A stretch of DNA of 64,000 nucleotides from Trichoplax adhaerens (Eukaryota > Animalia > Placozoa), in assembly GCF_000150275.1 (NCBI RefSeq), contig NW_002060956.1, positions 752,913 to 816,912 on the forward strand, in the 5' to 3' direction. Below the pieces are notes generated by a model. It searched no databases, was not told the DNA's origin, and saw nothing but the letters and a program-made list of their open reading frames with translations. The first letter of the stretch is position 1. The number at the start of each line of letters is the position of its first letter. Positions 27,028 to 41,089 of the stretch are shown here, one piece after another. The position numbers were made by a program, and so were the translations under genes.

Positions 27028-30000
27028 ATGATGAATATTTCCACCGTTTTACTTCGATTATTTCGACCCTTTATTTACTTATCTATTAGTATACGTTCTA
27101 GTTTGTCTATACTCGCGAGCTATGCTACTTCTCCATTGGTTATTGCAGCCATAGCCACCCTGGTAATCTTGATCATTTCTCACTTTTATTGGAGTAGTAG
27201 TAGTAGTAGTGGTGATGATCAGCAGAAGAAGACTAACGGTAATATCGATGATGCCACCGGTCCAAAAGCTACAACCAGGCGTAGTATGATAGGAGGGATT
27301 CCTGTATTGCTTGAAAAATTCATGAAACCTCAAGCCAAGGAAGATCTTATCCAAATAAAGATTAATAAACGAGTCGATGATGATGGCGAACGATGTGAAT
27401 GGATTAACGCTGTCATTCGATGGTTTTATTTACAAGGACCTGATGTCAATCAATTGATTCAAGTATGGCTTGATGCTTTAAATTTAGAATTAGCCAAATT
27501 TAATCAGGTAAGAGGGTAGTGTACATTCTGCTTCATTTTTCTTCCTTTTTCAAATATCTTGTATTCAATGCAAAGACTACATCAATATGAGCAACTTTGC
27601 TTCAATCTCGTGTACGACATTAAAATGGCCAGGACTGGTCTACTGTCTCCCAATGATTTTGCAGTCATCAGCTTGATGGGTATACTTTTTTCATACATGT
27701 ATCGCACATCGATCTTGAATATTGGCTAGGATTTGATCAATTTTTGCAAGTACAAGCAATAAATTGAATACAACATCATGACACTCATTTGCCCATATAG
27801 GTGGTGTATATATACTTTTCCTTACACGTAGCCAATATCTTTGTCCATTGTAGAATTATGGATCGGGATTTAAAACGGTAGATTGTAACATTACTTCTAC
27901 AATCACACATAATATATCGTCAAGGGTGAGATTGCATTAAATTACTTCAAGACTAATACCAATGCAAAGTAGGGACTACTCGACTAATCTCTATCATACA
28001 AGACAGCTCTATATCCGATCAATTTCTAGCTTCTACCTCAAATTCCCTGCAATCCGTACTTTAGCCCAACTATCCTATCCAGTTACTGCTAACTCAAGTC
28101 TTGGATAGCATCAAGTTGTAGTCTTAAAATGCAATCGTCATGATTGCTGAAACAGAATATACTCACTCTTAAGGAATTGACCTTTACATTCTTAGCACGC
28201 TTTGTTCAAATTTTTAATCCAACTGAATGGATCAAATGAAATCCTTCATGCCTTTCAATGTTTGATTTCATTTTGGGGGGATAGACATAGCCGCGCTTTT
28301 ACTACTATCCACTATAGTCGTATTAAAATAAATGTCTGCATGTGTACAATGCCATCTATTACACATATTCAAGTTAAAGCCCAAGTCTTCTCCTTTATTC
28401 TCATCTGCGCTTGTAGTTCTAATAACAATAATGCATAGCCTGCCTATTTTTTGGCTAGTATAGTACTTCAATTAATTCAGTATCGAATACAATAGTATAT
28501 TCTTATTTTAATTCTATTGATTGATTCTTGTTGCAACCTATTCAGCTCGTGCAACATTAATTAACTAACGAATTTTAAAATTAATCAATTATGATAATCT
28601 ATATGATCTTTAGAGCTAAATGGACAAGTTCATAATTTTTACATATATCACAGTTTCTTTACTATTCATTTTTCAAAGGAGTTCAACAGTAATCAGAAAA
28701 TTGTACTGATCTAAATCAATTTTATCAGTTTTACCGACAGTAGGACTTTTTCTACTGAGATAGTGTAGTACAGTACGTATTGTTGTTCATGACCAATATA
28801 ACGAATATAAGAGGAAACAAATCTTAGCCGATGTTCGGTAAATCACCTTCTATATGAAACATGAGCTAAGAATCGATTTATGTAGAAAGCATTACATCTA
28901 TCGATTAATAAAGTGCATAAAATTGATACTCCAACTGCTCGGACTTTTAAATTTGGTAAACTGTACAGCACTACAATGTAAATACCGATATGCAGGTAAG
29001 ATGGAGTCAATTATTTGCTGTTAATAGAAAGATGTTAGAATGACGATTAAGTCTATTTCATCGCAAAAATGATTTACTTTCATCATTTTTATATTATAAT
29101 TTTAAAATGGAAGACAATGATTGAAAAATTTCATCCTTCAATTTATTCATCATCCGGGGGACTACTACTAAAACTCGCTGTTACTGTTATTAGACTTTGG
29201 AATATTTTTGACAAATATTTTCTGCAATTAATTAATTGAATACATTGTGAAAAAGAAGCATTCTAGATAATTGAATGAATTGTAGCAATGCAAGACAGTT
29301 AGATGTTGTTATTAATAATAACAAATGTAGCTATACATGAGCACTGTACGAACTGTAAAAATTATTATGCGCGTAAATGCAAATCATTTTAATTTACCAA
29401 AGTTAGTATATGGATTTTTTAGCTTTTTGAAAATTTATACAGCTTTTTGCTGAAAACTGAGTTGTGAATATCTTCAAAAATTCATCGTCATAGCTACTAA
29501 TGTCCACCGATTTTAAAAGATTTTTGCCAATCAACATTAATATAGACTTTCTTTCACTAATCCATAGTTGATCGAGTACGTTGTCTCGTTCTTCTTTCAT
29601 AAATAACTCGTTGTACTAGTACAGTAGATACAAATATACTATACACATATATCTATCGCATAAATAATAAAATTGTTTATTGCTGACCAACATATACATC
29701 TAATTGTTATATTTAGATTGAATAAAAACCAATTATAAGCCTAGATCTATAATATAAAGTATAAATACGATTGTATAAAATTGTCAGAAATGTATCAAAT
29801 CAATATTCAGCCAAATAATGGCTATCACACTAGTATACGAGTACGTTGTACATTGGCACCTTGACTTCTTATAGCCTAGAATTTCTTGTCTACGATTTGT
29901 CTTTATTTACCAACTCAATGATTACAGGTGTATCCTATGTTTGTTATAACTAACCAGTATCGCACGAGTTTCGATTACCAAAATCATTTGTTTCCAAATT

Positions 30001-33000
30001 ATTCTTAACTCATCGGTGTGTATTAATTTCTAGCAATTTACCACTACGATACATTAATAAGGTTAGGGCATTTCTTCATGTACTTTATCATGAGTGCTCG
30101 ATCATGATTTTAGTAATCACCTATACAAAAACATAAATAAATTAACGATTGTGTTACAGAATATTTAAATTAGGCGTCTTGTCATCGCTGCTTAATTGTT
30201 GTTGCAGCGACAACATTTATGTAAAGCTGACGAAGTATTGCTTAGACGGTAGAAATAAGTCTTATCTTAGTACTTCTCATCAGTGTGGAATACGAGTAAG
30301 TTGCGAAATCTTGCTCTTTGCTAACACTGAATATTTTTTTAATCTATAATGAGTAATGAGTAAAAATAGATCAGTACAATTTATATTCTTGATCCTGCAA
30401 TAAGGGAAAAGATACGCATAACGGTAAATAGTGTAAAAATAGATCAATGTCCTACAATGATTTATTCATCTCTATGGATATTACATGTTATTCAAAAAAG
30501 TTATTTACTCTTATTCTATTATCACATTGCAATAAGTAAAATAGATTAATGTGATGCGCTATATATTTCTTATATCAAGCATGTATTGTAATGCGTAAAT
30601 AATGCATGTCTACATACGTATGTGCATATCGTATTTCTATTTCGTTATTGCTTTTACTAGTCTAGCCCATGATAAAACATTAAGGGCTGATTTATTTTTA
30701 ATTGTCATGTTTGCACAATAACGTTATTGAGTATCCAATAAGGGCACTATGTACGATTATTACTTTCTTAATTAATTTTTATTCTGCTATTGTATTATTT
30801 GTATCCAAAGTGTAAGAGTTATCATTTAATGAAACTATGACGAGAAGTTCATATCCTATAACAACTTTAATTAATAATTTAGGTCTCAATAAAGTCACTT
30901 TTAGTAAGAATATTAGAACCTTTAATAGCTTACAGTTATGTAGTTACCCATTTTAGACAAAGTTAGGTACAGGGTAGGATAAATGGTATTGGCGACATAT
31001 AACCAGTAACTTTATAGTTTGCAAACTTGAATTCACCAACTTTTTTCAGGCCTTTATACTTGACTTTTTTGTGTATTATACGCATGTCAAGTTTTATGAT
31101 GCGGTATAATATCATTCATATGTGGTATCTAAAATCTGCTGATCAATATTATTGTGTTTAAATGGATATCTTGACATGATGAGAAAAGATAGATAACTGA
31201 TGAGTTATTTCATGAACGATTGCTGGAGATATCATTCTATTTTTATTAGAATCAGACTTTTTGCGTTGTAATTAAATATCTGATAGATGAATTATAAATA
31301 TTATAGAGTCTTAATAGCAAGTTGCCCTAAGCAGTATTTAAACCATCGCATATCTTATGCAACAATCCATGAATTTAATTAATCAACTTTAATTGAAAAA
31401 GTAATTCATGCTAATTTGCAATATTTTTTCTCTCGTCTTGATTTCAGTCTAGTGATATCGAATTAAAAATCGATCGTTTGCATCAAAATACCTTGCCTCC
31501 TACAATCGAAAGTATTAAAAGTATATCAGGAGCACGAGATGCTATGGTGAGTCTAATTTGCTATTACTTTAAGTTAATTATGTTTGTAGGTCACTTTGGG
31601 CTATTGTAACTTTAATGTTTAATTTCGAAGTCGGAATTAACCTGTACATCTCAAAAATTTTTCTTTCAGGAATTAGCAATACAAATTAAAACAGATGAAT
31701 TAGGTTTCATTATTAACGTTAGCAGTAAAGATTATGATAATGTCCTATATAACGTTCTTGTAAAAGCGATAACGACTAAGGTAAATTTACTTCACTTGAC
31801 TTTATTATTATTATAAAATTACATTAACGTGGACAATATATTTTTAGACAGATTTTGTTCACATCCACCTAAGATACCAGACGTTAATATCTATGTTGCT
31901 TCTGTTACATATTATATAAGTAACACTTGTTATTATTACTTTATGAAAGGCTATTTTACAATTAATTGTTATCGATGGCTGTCTAAATGTACGGATGGTA
32001 ATGGCTGACGAATTCGAAGCAAAAATTGAAGTCCGAGCAAAAGATCTACCTGTATGATATATATTAGTGTTATAAAGTAGTGATGTTATATAACAGACAA
32101 GTATACAATTTGCCTAAAATTAATTTACAACTGAATCTAATCTATAGGAAGATACAATTAGTGAACATTTACTAGATTCCATCCGTTGTGCTGTAAAAGA
32201 TGTTGTACTAAATGCTGTACCAACAGTAATTCTAAAAAATCCACTTGTAACAAGTCCTCCAATCAATTCACAATTTAAGGTATATTCAATAAATTTTTGA
32301 AATCAAAGAAAAATCTGATAATGGTCATTTCTAACTTCAATAGTTTGATCAACTGAAAAGTCGAAGAGAATCACTACGGACGGTACCAGTAGATGGGCGC
32401 ATAATTATAACAGGTTAGTTTCATCGTTGTTTTGTATTCTTTCAAATGCCTTAAACTTTACTCTATTCATTTCATATTTTTTTTCCGTAGTTATTTCTGC
32501 GTGTGGGCTAATTGCTAAACATAATCACGGTAATGCTTATATATGGTTTCTATCAGAATTGCCACTAATAGTAGATCATACTGTCTTATAATCGCTTCTG
32601 ATTGTAATCACTTAGATATAACAAAAACTAAATATTGTCATCAAAATTATTTTCAGGTCATAGCTGCCCTTATTGCGTTATTAAAATGGATTCTACTGTT
32701 TATAGAACTAAAATTGTGCGATTAACAGCGGATCCCGTATTTAATGAGCATTTTGTCTTGTATGTATTGCCATTAGTTTAATTCTTATCCTAGACGATAG
32801 CATCAGTGAATATGTCATGATCTATTTGATTTATATTTTATAGCGAGACAAATAGCAAGAGTGGAGATATTACTTTTGATATGTATAGCAGTGATACGCT
32901 GGCAAAAGGTAGAACAAAAGCTTTTCCATTCAAACACCAAGTTATCTACTTTGCATTGATGTGCCAACATTACACCATTTAGATACTTTTCTTGGGCGCA

Positions 33001-34959
33001 CATCTGTATCCTTATTAGCAATTCAAGCTTCAGAAGGTCAAATGCATGCAAAACTTCCATTATCTGGTTTAAAACCGAATGATAATATTACTGGTTATTT
33101 AAATGTTGAGGTTTGTTGATAATATAATTATTTTAACAAAACATATGCTTAATATATCATACTGAATAAGAGTACTCGAAATTGGTACTCTCTCAACTTA
33201 TGTTACGATGTTAACATCAATTATAATTATTATTCTGATATTAAATAATTCTTATGTTACTAGTATTCTTTTAAGCCTGTTGTTGCTGCTAATGGTTCTG
33301 CTATTCCGACGAATAAGTTAGAAATACCTCCCAGAAGTCGAAGTTAGTTACAAAATAGTGGCGATGTAATTCGTTTATGTTGGTTTATTATGTCGATTGT
33401 AATGATTGTAATTCTAAATGCAGGAAATTCGCAGTCAGAAGTTTCGATTTGTTCATCTTATGGGGGTATCCAGTTCGATATTACTGATACGTCCACAAAG
33501 ACTTTAGCCAAGTCTGAAATTGATAACGTTAGTGTCAAAAGTCAAGCTGATACCGATAAGAACAGCGTCGATGATCAAGAAAAGGATAAAGATAGACATA
33601 ATGTAGATTATTCTCAGGGAATTGGTGCGTAACATTATCCTATTTAAAGTTATAGATGTACGTGATTAAGATTAATTTTAATAATTTGTTTCTATCGATG
33701 AGTAGGTTTTACCATTCCTAAGGATCGTAGTACTGGTAATTTTTTGAAACGTGCATTTTCAACTCGTAAGAAAAAAGTACGCGATTCGACTGTAAATAGT
33801 AACTCTAATATGTTGTCTAAGCCGAATGAAGTTGTAGTCCCTGACATGGGTCGACCCATGAGCCATACATCCCTAGATAAACTCAATAAAGGTTCAATAG
33901 CTTCTTCTGCAAATAGCCATGATCAAGTTAGCGTTCTCTCTAACACAAGTATGAGCTGTTGATGAATCATTTAATTGACATTTGTTGATTGTAGATATTA
34001 TTGTGTTATGAAATATTATTATTGAATGCTCGTTTAACGCTTGTATGATACCATAGGTTCGATTAACAAAGCTATGTCTAAACTTAGTTATTCACCAAAC
34101 GGGTATTCATCACTTGTGATGGAAACAACAGAAAATGACAGACCAAGGTAAATTTAAATATATTCTTATTATGTAATTTGTTTCATAATGTCTGAGATGC
34201 AGCTGATGTTGTTGCTGTTTTTTTAACTTACTAGATACTACTTAATTCCTTTAAATATGGAACGAGATAAATCTTACAATATCTCCGGCATTAAGCTCCA
34301 CGTCTACAATGATCACGTTTTTACAGCTGTTCACTTTGCAACGTACGAACTTCGTATATAAGCCTATATTTCCACTTAGGTTATATAATATAGAACTAAC
34401 TAAGGAACTAATGAAGAATTTTTACCATTAATTATAATTAGACCCGTTGAATGCAGTGTCTGCAATAGACAACTATCAAGGCGAATTGGAAAACAAGGTT
34501 ATCAATGCAGAGGTATATTAGTCTGTAATAATTACTTCAAATATCTTCAATATATAGATCATCGTGTAACATTGATATTTTAGGCTTAAAATTTGGTAGC
34601 TTATGTTGGATTTGAAATTTAATATGTAAGGTGATAATTTTCTGTTTTTATCTTTTATTGCTTTACTTAAAGATTGCAATTTAATTTGCCATAAGCACTG
34701 TCACTATCGGGTTACAAATTTGTGCCCGTCCAGTACCGTATCACAGATGGATATGTAAGTTCTAAAATTTTATGAGCGTAATATTTCAATAAAATTTACA
34801 ATTGACGAGACATAATCTTATCGTAAATTGTAGTCTGCACTTGCATGATAGGTATTCATGTACGTAAGAAGAAAAACTGAATGTATAGTAATATTTTTAT
34901 ACCGATATTGTTTTAGGGTTATCCTCCAAAAAGGGAACGATCATAATTTAAGTTTATAA
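27028..34959 (+). CDS. C2CD2/C2CD2L (TMEM24)-like ER-plasma membrane lipid transfer protein: TM anchor, SMP, C2, C-terminal C1
   Basis: Exon 27028-27507 encodes a TM helix and an SMP start (CEWINAVIRWFY..WLDALN). Exons at 31.4-33.1 kb are SMP/C2-like (PYCVIKMD, DPVFNEHF, FLGRTSV). SLVMETTENDRPRYYLIP and KLHVYNDHVF..CSVCNRQL..GKQGYQCRDCNLICHKHC..C form a C1 domain at 34.1-34.75 kb. The final exon is uncertain. Confidence 0.75.
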
Positions 34960-37001
34960 TAGATTCCTGACAATTTTATTTCGTTCAAAGAAGACTAGTT
35001 GTATTACAGTAACGAGGCTTAATGGTCACTGTATTGATTGGTTTAAGTAAAAACGGTTTAATACAGATATGCGACAACTGTAGCCAGTTGGTGTCTGTCA
35101 ACATTTCATTTAAGTATTCATGTTTATTGGTACACTAAAGTTTTAGATAAATCCAGCACTATTCATATAGCATGTGTAAGATTATATCTTGTATATGTTT
35201 TAGTTAGATACTGCGATCTTTTTATGGCGATATAATTTGACCTGATACAGAATTTTTTTGCTATTATTGCAAGGCTATGTTATGAGATTTATCAATAGAC
35301 TTTCGCGATGGAGAAAGTAACCATTTACTTCGACGAGTAGCGCAATAATTAAATTCTTCGTTTCTTATATGAAATATTAATTATATGTATGTATGTGCTT
35401 TGATTTAAGTTATGTTATGGATGCGAACTTGTTGTTTATTATTATTTTTAGGTACAACATTTAGATTTCGAATTAATTATATATACAATTGAGTACAGAT
35501 ATTCTTTGCATGAAGTCTTTGCTATCGGTAAATGTTAGTGCTTCGAGCTTGTTGGACATGAACATTACTGGATTGATTATTTCGAGTTTTGGATTCGATT
35601 TTTATACGTGTTCCGTACAAGGACGGACTGCATATCCAGAATGGTTACTTAAAAGTCTGACGGAATATGCATAAAATAAAAGACCTTGAAATGAAATCTC
35701 ATAGGCTAACTTGTCTGCTATGCTAGTAAATTATACTGCGAGATAATGTTGGCAAATCTCTTTCTAAAATTTAGAAAGTCCATTGGATTAGTTGGTAGTT
35801 AATGTGCCATACCGTAGTAGGTGAAAATGTAACAATTAAGAACTTCGTTATCTTCATATGCTACATGTGAATGCGATAGACGCATATCCAAAAAATACAA
35901 AAACTAGTTGTGGTATTATGCCAAGTAATACACTTATGACTGAACAAGGGTTATTGATTGGATTGGATATTAAGTTCGCTAGGTACAGTACAAGGAAGAT
36001 ATCGAATGATTAAATGAAATTATTATTGAAGAGTCTACAATGGGCATGTTGATTCTAACATTTTAGACTTATAAAGTATACTCAGAAATCCATAATCATT
36101 ATACCGTATTGCGGTATCTAGGCGAAACTTAGAGTTTTTCTTTTATCTCTATCAATCTTACCCCATTCGACTAAGAAATACTTAATACAGTACAATAAAT
36201 TTATAATATCTCGAGATTATTCAATTTCTACATCCTAGATATTACGAGTATGTTTATATATCGATATAAGCAGTTACGCTACCTTACTTTGTTTGCGCAA
36301 TAAACATTATAAGCAAAGTATTGAAGCATTAACCAACACGATTTACCATTGCTGTGTACAGCATTGAACCTTCATTATTAGTATACAGCTTTCCTTGATA
36401 TTCAAAATGAAGAGAAAGCAAATACGTATTTAACGAATTCATTTTATTTATTAAGTTTTCATTTTTTTTCATTTTTTCAGCAAAACTATGAATTTTACAA
36501 CGCATAAAAGCCATATTTCTTATTTTTCTCATTGGTACTCCATTACAGCAAACCTGTAGATAATTTTAACATGAATCATAGGATGATATACAGTGATCGA
36601 TAAAGTCCTTACAACTTGTCATCCATTCTAGGTTAAAAAGCCGTACATTGTCAAGATAGGCTAGACTACAGCTCTATTCTACTTTGGAAGAATGATGCAA
36701 TGTCAAATTACAAACAGAGGAAATCTCTTCGAATACATTACAGTCCGTTTACGGTTAGAAAAAATTCATAGTGCTTAATATTGTTGCGCAGTGTGAAAAC
36801 GGTCGTTGTTAAGAAAATTGAATGAGATTGAGTTAAAGCTTGCTTTGAAAATTAATTAGCCTTGCATATTGATGGCGTCTTACTATCTACCGTGTGATAT
36901 CCTTGCAAACCAGTCTATACTCAAGAAGAATAACCATCCGCGATATTGAGACATCAAATAGAACATGAGTGTTCACTATTCTTCATTATATTAATAGAGT
37001 A

Positions 37002-37316
37002 TTACTTTTCAAATTCGAATTTTGGAAATTCGGTTAAATTTCCGCCACCGAAACGATTTTGAATTCTCACAAGTTCATCAGCCATTCGCCTTTCCTCCTC
37101 GGATGTTACATCGACGAATCCGCCACCAGCTGTTTTCTTCTTCTGATTGTATTCCTTTAATTTCTCAATAAACAGCTGCTTAATAGGATCGATTTTTTGA
37201 GCATTTTTATTAGAGCCTAAGACCATTCCACTGGAGGCGATATAACGTCCAACCAGTAATCTACCACTTGAAAGAGTGCTGATTTGACTCTGGATTTTAA
37301 CCAACCGCAACGCCAT
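37002..37316 (-). CDS. ATP5PF: Mitochondrial ATP synthase coupling factor 6
   Basis: Presequence-like N-terminus, then DPIKQLFIEKLKEY..GGFVD..EL.RIQNRFGGG.LTEFPKFEF, the F6 signature. The CDS is intronless. Confidence 0.93.
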   Translation of the reverse strand: MALRLVKIQSQISTLSSGRLLVGRYIASSGMVLGSNKNAQKIDPIKQLFIEKLKEYNQKKKTAGGGFVDVTSEEERRMADELVRIQNRFGGGNLTEFPKFEFEK

Positions 37317-37378
37317 GACAGTTTTTACTGCAAACCAGAAAAGGGCGACACGAGCCTTAGCCTCTTCGGAGCTTTATT

Positions 37379-37390
37379 TACGCATGCGCT
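37379..37390. promoter_or_regulatory. NRF-1-like site upstream of ATP5PF
   Basis: tACGCATGCGCt is a near match to the YGCGCATGCGCR palindrome, ~65 bp 5' of the ATG. Confidence 0.5.
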
Positions 37391-37762
37391 AACGGATACA
37401 CTACGAAGACGGTACGATACCGCAGAGCCGCTTCTATTTTCCACCTTGCTCAAAATAGCAATAAGGAATTCACTCATTGCTTAGTGTGGTCCTAGACTCT
37501 TTTTTTAACCTGTACCGGTACGATGGGATAACTGCGCATGACTTCTGGGTATCTACAGTCTACAGTACAGTGCAGTACAGTAGAAATCTGCGGTACAGAC
37601 TTACGCCGGACGGATGGGTGGTACAGTACAGTACTGCCATAAGTTGCCAGTACTGCACATTGACTATACAAAACACTATAAAGGCAAGCACGGTTTGCAA
37701 GCAATCGCCTGATTGATTTACTAAACTTTGCTTGCCAAGTGACAAACTGCTATGACTGTAAT

Positions 37763-40700
37763 ATGGATAAGGAAATTTTAGTTATCGATGGAGCTTGTGG
37801 AACCGAGCTACAACGGCTTGGTTACGATGTCGATGTAAGCTATGCTACTAACTTTATTCATTTATTAAATAGGGAAAGACCTCATCAAGTAACTGTACTT
37901 TGTAGCAATGACTGGTGCAGTTGAAAATATAACTGCTACAGTACTGTAATCGAAAGCAAGCGTGGACCACTAGAAGAAAGCTGGACGTGGCGCTCAGACC
38001 CTTCGGGTGGACGGATGTTTGTTATACGATAGGCAGAAATGGCGAAAATAGTAACTTGGTATGGGATCGTCTGGATCTGTTTTCTTATTCACTGCTATTA
38101 ATTTAAAAGCATGTTATCATCTTATGTTGACTGCTTTCAAGCAGAAATTAGTAAAAGTGAACAGGATTCAATGTAATATTACTTAATGTAGAAAATATAA
38201 GTTAATTACTGAATCGAGCATCTACATACTGAAGCAATAACAAATGTAAAGTGTTTGCAACATTCTTTAATGATAGGTAGTTGAAGTATCCGTCGGTCCT
38301 GTCCACGTTTTCTTCTACTGGGTCCATGTTGAATGCTAATATGCCTGTCCTTGTTGATCTCAGTATTGTAGTTTTTTGAATTAAATATAATTATTATAGG
38401 CGGTTTCCTTCATTATTCAAATAGAAGATGATAGGATTCATATATGGAGGGATTTCTTTTCAATTTCTTTGCAATAAAATTGTTTAGGCAGATCCCCTAT
38501 GGAGTGCAAGCTTATTGCTTACAAATCCCCAAGTTATCAAAGATTTACATACCAGGTACAGCTTACAAAAATGGTAGACCATAGTTTAACTCATTATAGT
38601 ACAGTATATTACCAATTCCAGAAAGTATATCATCATACACTTCAATATCAATCAAGAAGTAATACTGTACTATGTTATAATAAGCCAATTATTATAACTG
38701 ACTACATGAATAACCGATTACCTTCATTGGTCCATCAATATCACCACTGGTATTATCAGATAATATAATAGCTAAAATGCGACATTTCTGCATGACAAAT
38801 ATCTAAAAATGATGATATAAGTGATCGTTATCATGGTGCGAGATACCTTGTATAGCTCATCAAATATTTTCATAAACTTTATGTTATCAATTTTAAACAG
38901 TAAATATCCGCTATGATATCGTATTTATTCGCACTAGCCTGCACCTCATATTCGATATCAATAAAATTTTGGATTTAAATTTTGCAGGTGATATATAATT
39001 ATATAATCAGATGTATTATTTTCGTTTACCATAGCTACTTAAATGCTGGGGCAGATATCATTTTAACTGCTACGTATCAGGTATGCTATGTCTATGAAAT
39101 AGAGTGGATACGAAATATTTGAACTAAGATTAAGTCATACAGTACGCGCCAAATAGTTATACCATATCATGATTATAGCATACTGTACTAATAGTATATC
39201 ATCTGATTTCATACTGATTGCTAGCATGCATGCGGTATTTCTGGAAAAAATATCAAATTTTAGGACAATCTTGCATACTTAATTACTGCATTAATAGCAT
39301 AGTGCAAAACATATTTCTATAAATTATCCCATTTTATCCAGGCTAGCATTCCTGGATTGGTACAATATGCTGATTTAACAGAAGCTTCTGCCTCCGCAGT
39401 TATTGCGATGGCTGTGCGACTTGCCATTGAAGCCCGCGACGAATTTTGGGCAGAACAAAAGGTTAAGGAGTAACTAGTTTATCAAAAATAGTAGTGAAAT
39501 TATCTGTAGTAGAAGGTGTTTCCAATGTAAAAGTTCGGATTTATAACTTCTTCATTGAATATTTTACTTACACGAATAATATTGTTGTTTTGGTACTTGT
39601 AGGCTTGTAACAAAAATGGTACATTATTTAATCAACATCAATATAGTATTAACATAGCAAGATTAGACTTATAAAACATTAGCTGAATTCAAGATGGTAT
39701 GGTAAAAGTATCGTATCGCTTATACATTCATCATGCAGTTAGACGCCCAAAGCCTCTGGTTGTTGGCTCAGTCGGCCCGTTTGGTGCTTGCCAGCATGAT
39801 GGCTCTGAGTTTCATGGTCGTTATACAGATGAAATGACCATTGAAGTACGCATCGAATATAATTATAGCTAAGATTATTACTTTAACAGCAAATGATACG
39901 TAAGAAGTTGAAATAATTTCGTGAAAAGCTATAAATAAATTATTCTGAATTAAATGTTAATGTCACATTATTAGGAGTTAAAGCAGTGGCATAAACCGAG
40001 AATCATGGAATTAATACAAAACGGAGTAGATCTTATTGCTTTCGAGACCATCCCAGCAGAGGTTTAAATATTATGCATTATTAATTATGCCGATGTTGCA
40101 TGTAGATGATACAAATGACACTATAATACTACAGAATACCTAGTAAACTGTATAAGTGATAAGTGTGATGAATTACTTCACAGAAAGAGGCGATCGCATT
40201 AATACAGGTACTAGAGACATTTAGAGGTGTGAAGGCATGGCTATCGTTCGTCTGTAAGGTACCATAAAAAGCTGATCATAATATATATAAAGTTAGCAGT
40301 TTTCTTTATATTTAAGTTATTGTCATTAATACAACTGTGGTTGATATGTTTATAGGATGATTTACATTTAAACCATGGAGAGCTATTTGCTGATGTGATG
40401 GAGCGATTCCGAAATCATAACCAAGTAGGTTTTCTTTTACTTTGCAACTTTGCACAGTGTATTGTAATTATAATGAAAACATCTAAATACCTGAATAATA
40501 TCAACATAGATTGTTGCAATTGGAACTAACTGTACGAATCCTCAAAATGTTGACGTAAGAATCGTCTAATATTATTGCAGAGTTAGAGAAATTACAATAC
40601 TCTTTGTCTGACGATTTCTTATCTATTACCAGAATCTTATTCAATCCTGCAAAAGATTAGATGCTTACGATAAGCCATTTATAGCATATCCTAACAGTGG

Positions 40701-41089
40701 CGAATCTTGGAGTGTTGACAGGTGTATTAGATGAGATGCGACCCTAACATAATTATACTTTAAGCACATCGAGCTATTAAACTATCTATAGTACGTTATT
40801 ACACTTGATAAATATTTTACTTTTATTTGACCAAATTTTAGATGGGATCCGACAATTCCACCAGTCGAATTGAGTGATTATGTACAAAGGTGGATAAAGA
40901 ATGGAATTAGATGGATAGGTTAAAAGAGACTTGCATATTTTTTCTCGGTGATTACTTTTGTATTTACGCATTACAATCATTCTACGATTTTTAGGTGGTT
41001 GTTGCAGAACTACCCCATCAGATATTCTAAAGATTCGAAATAAAGTCGATGGAATTCCGAAATTAAAGGAATCCAAAAGTCTAATCTGA
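37763..41089 (+). CDS. Homocysteine S-methyltransferase (MmuM/HMT family, Zn-dependent), ~13 exons
   Basis: Spliced motifs: ILVIDGACGTEL, PLWSA, YLNAGADIILTATYQAS, GSVGPFGA..DGSEF.G.Y, DLIAFETIP, AWLSFVCKD, AIGTNC, YPNSGE.W and IGGCCRTTP. All three Zn-ligand cysteines are present. Confidence 0.92.
37960..38330. mobile_element. Putative degenerate MITE in HMT intron 1
   Basis: Left end tggaccactagaagaaag...gtggacggat resembles the reverse complement of 38288-38327 (tggacccagtagaagaaaacgtggac..gacggat). The interior is AT-rich and non-coding; no clear TSD. Confidence 0.45.

Noticed and set aside
27508-31448. Possible nested gene or transposon in the 3.9-kb first intron of the C2CD2-like gene
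   Set aside because: Only short ORFs without recognisable motifs; no terminal repeats seen.
37002-37316. ATP5PF as a processed retrocopy
   Set aside because: Intact ORF with presequence and a plausible promoter; no poly(A) tract or target-site duplication seen.
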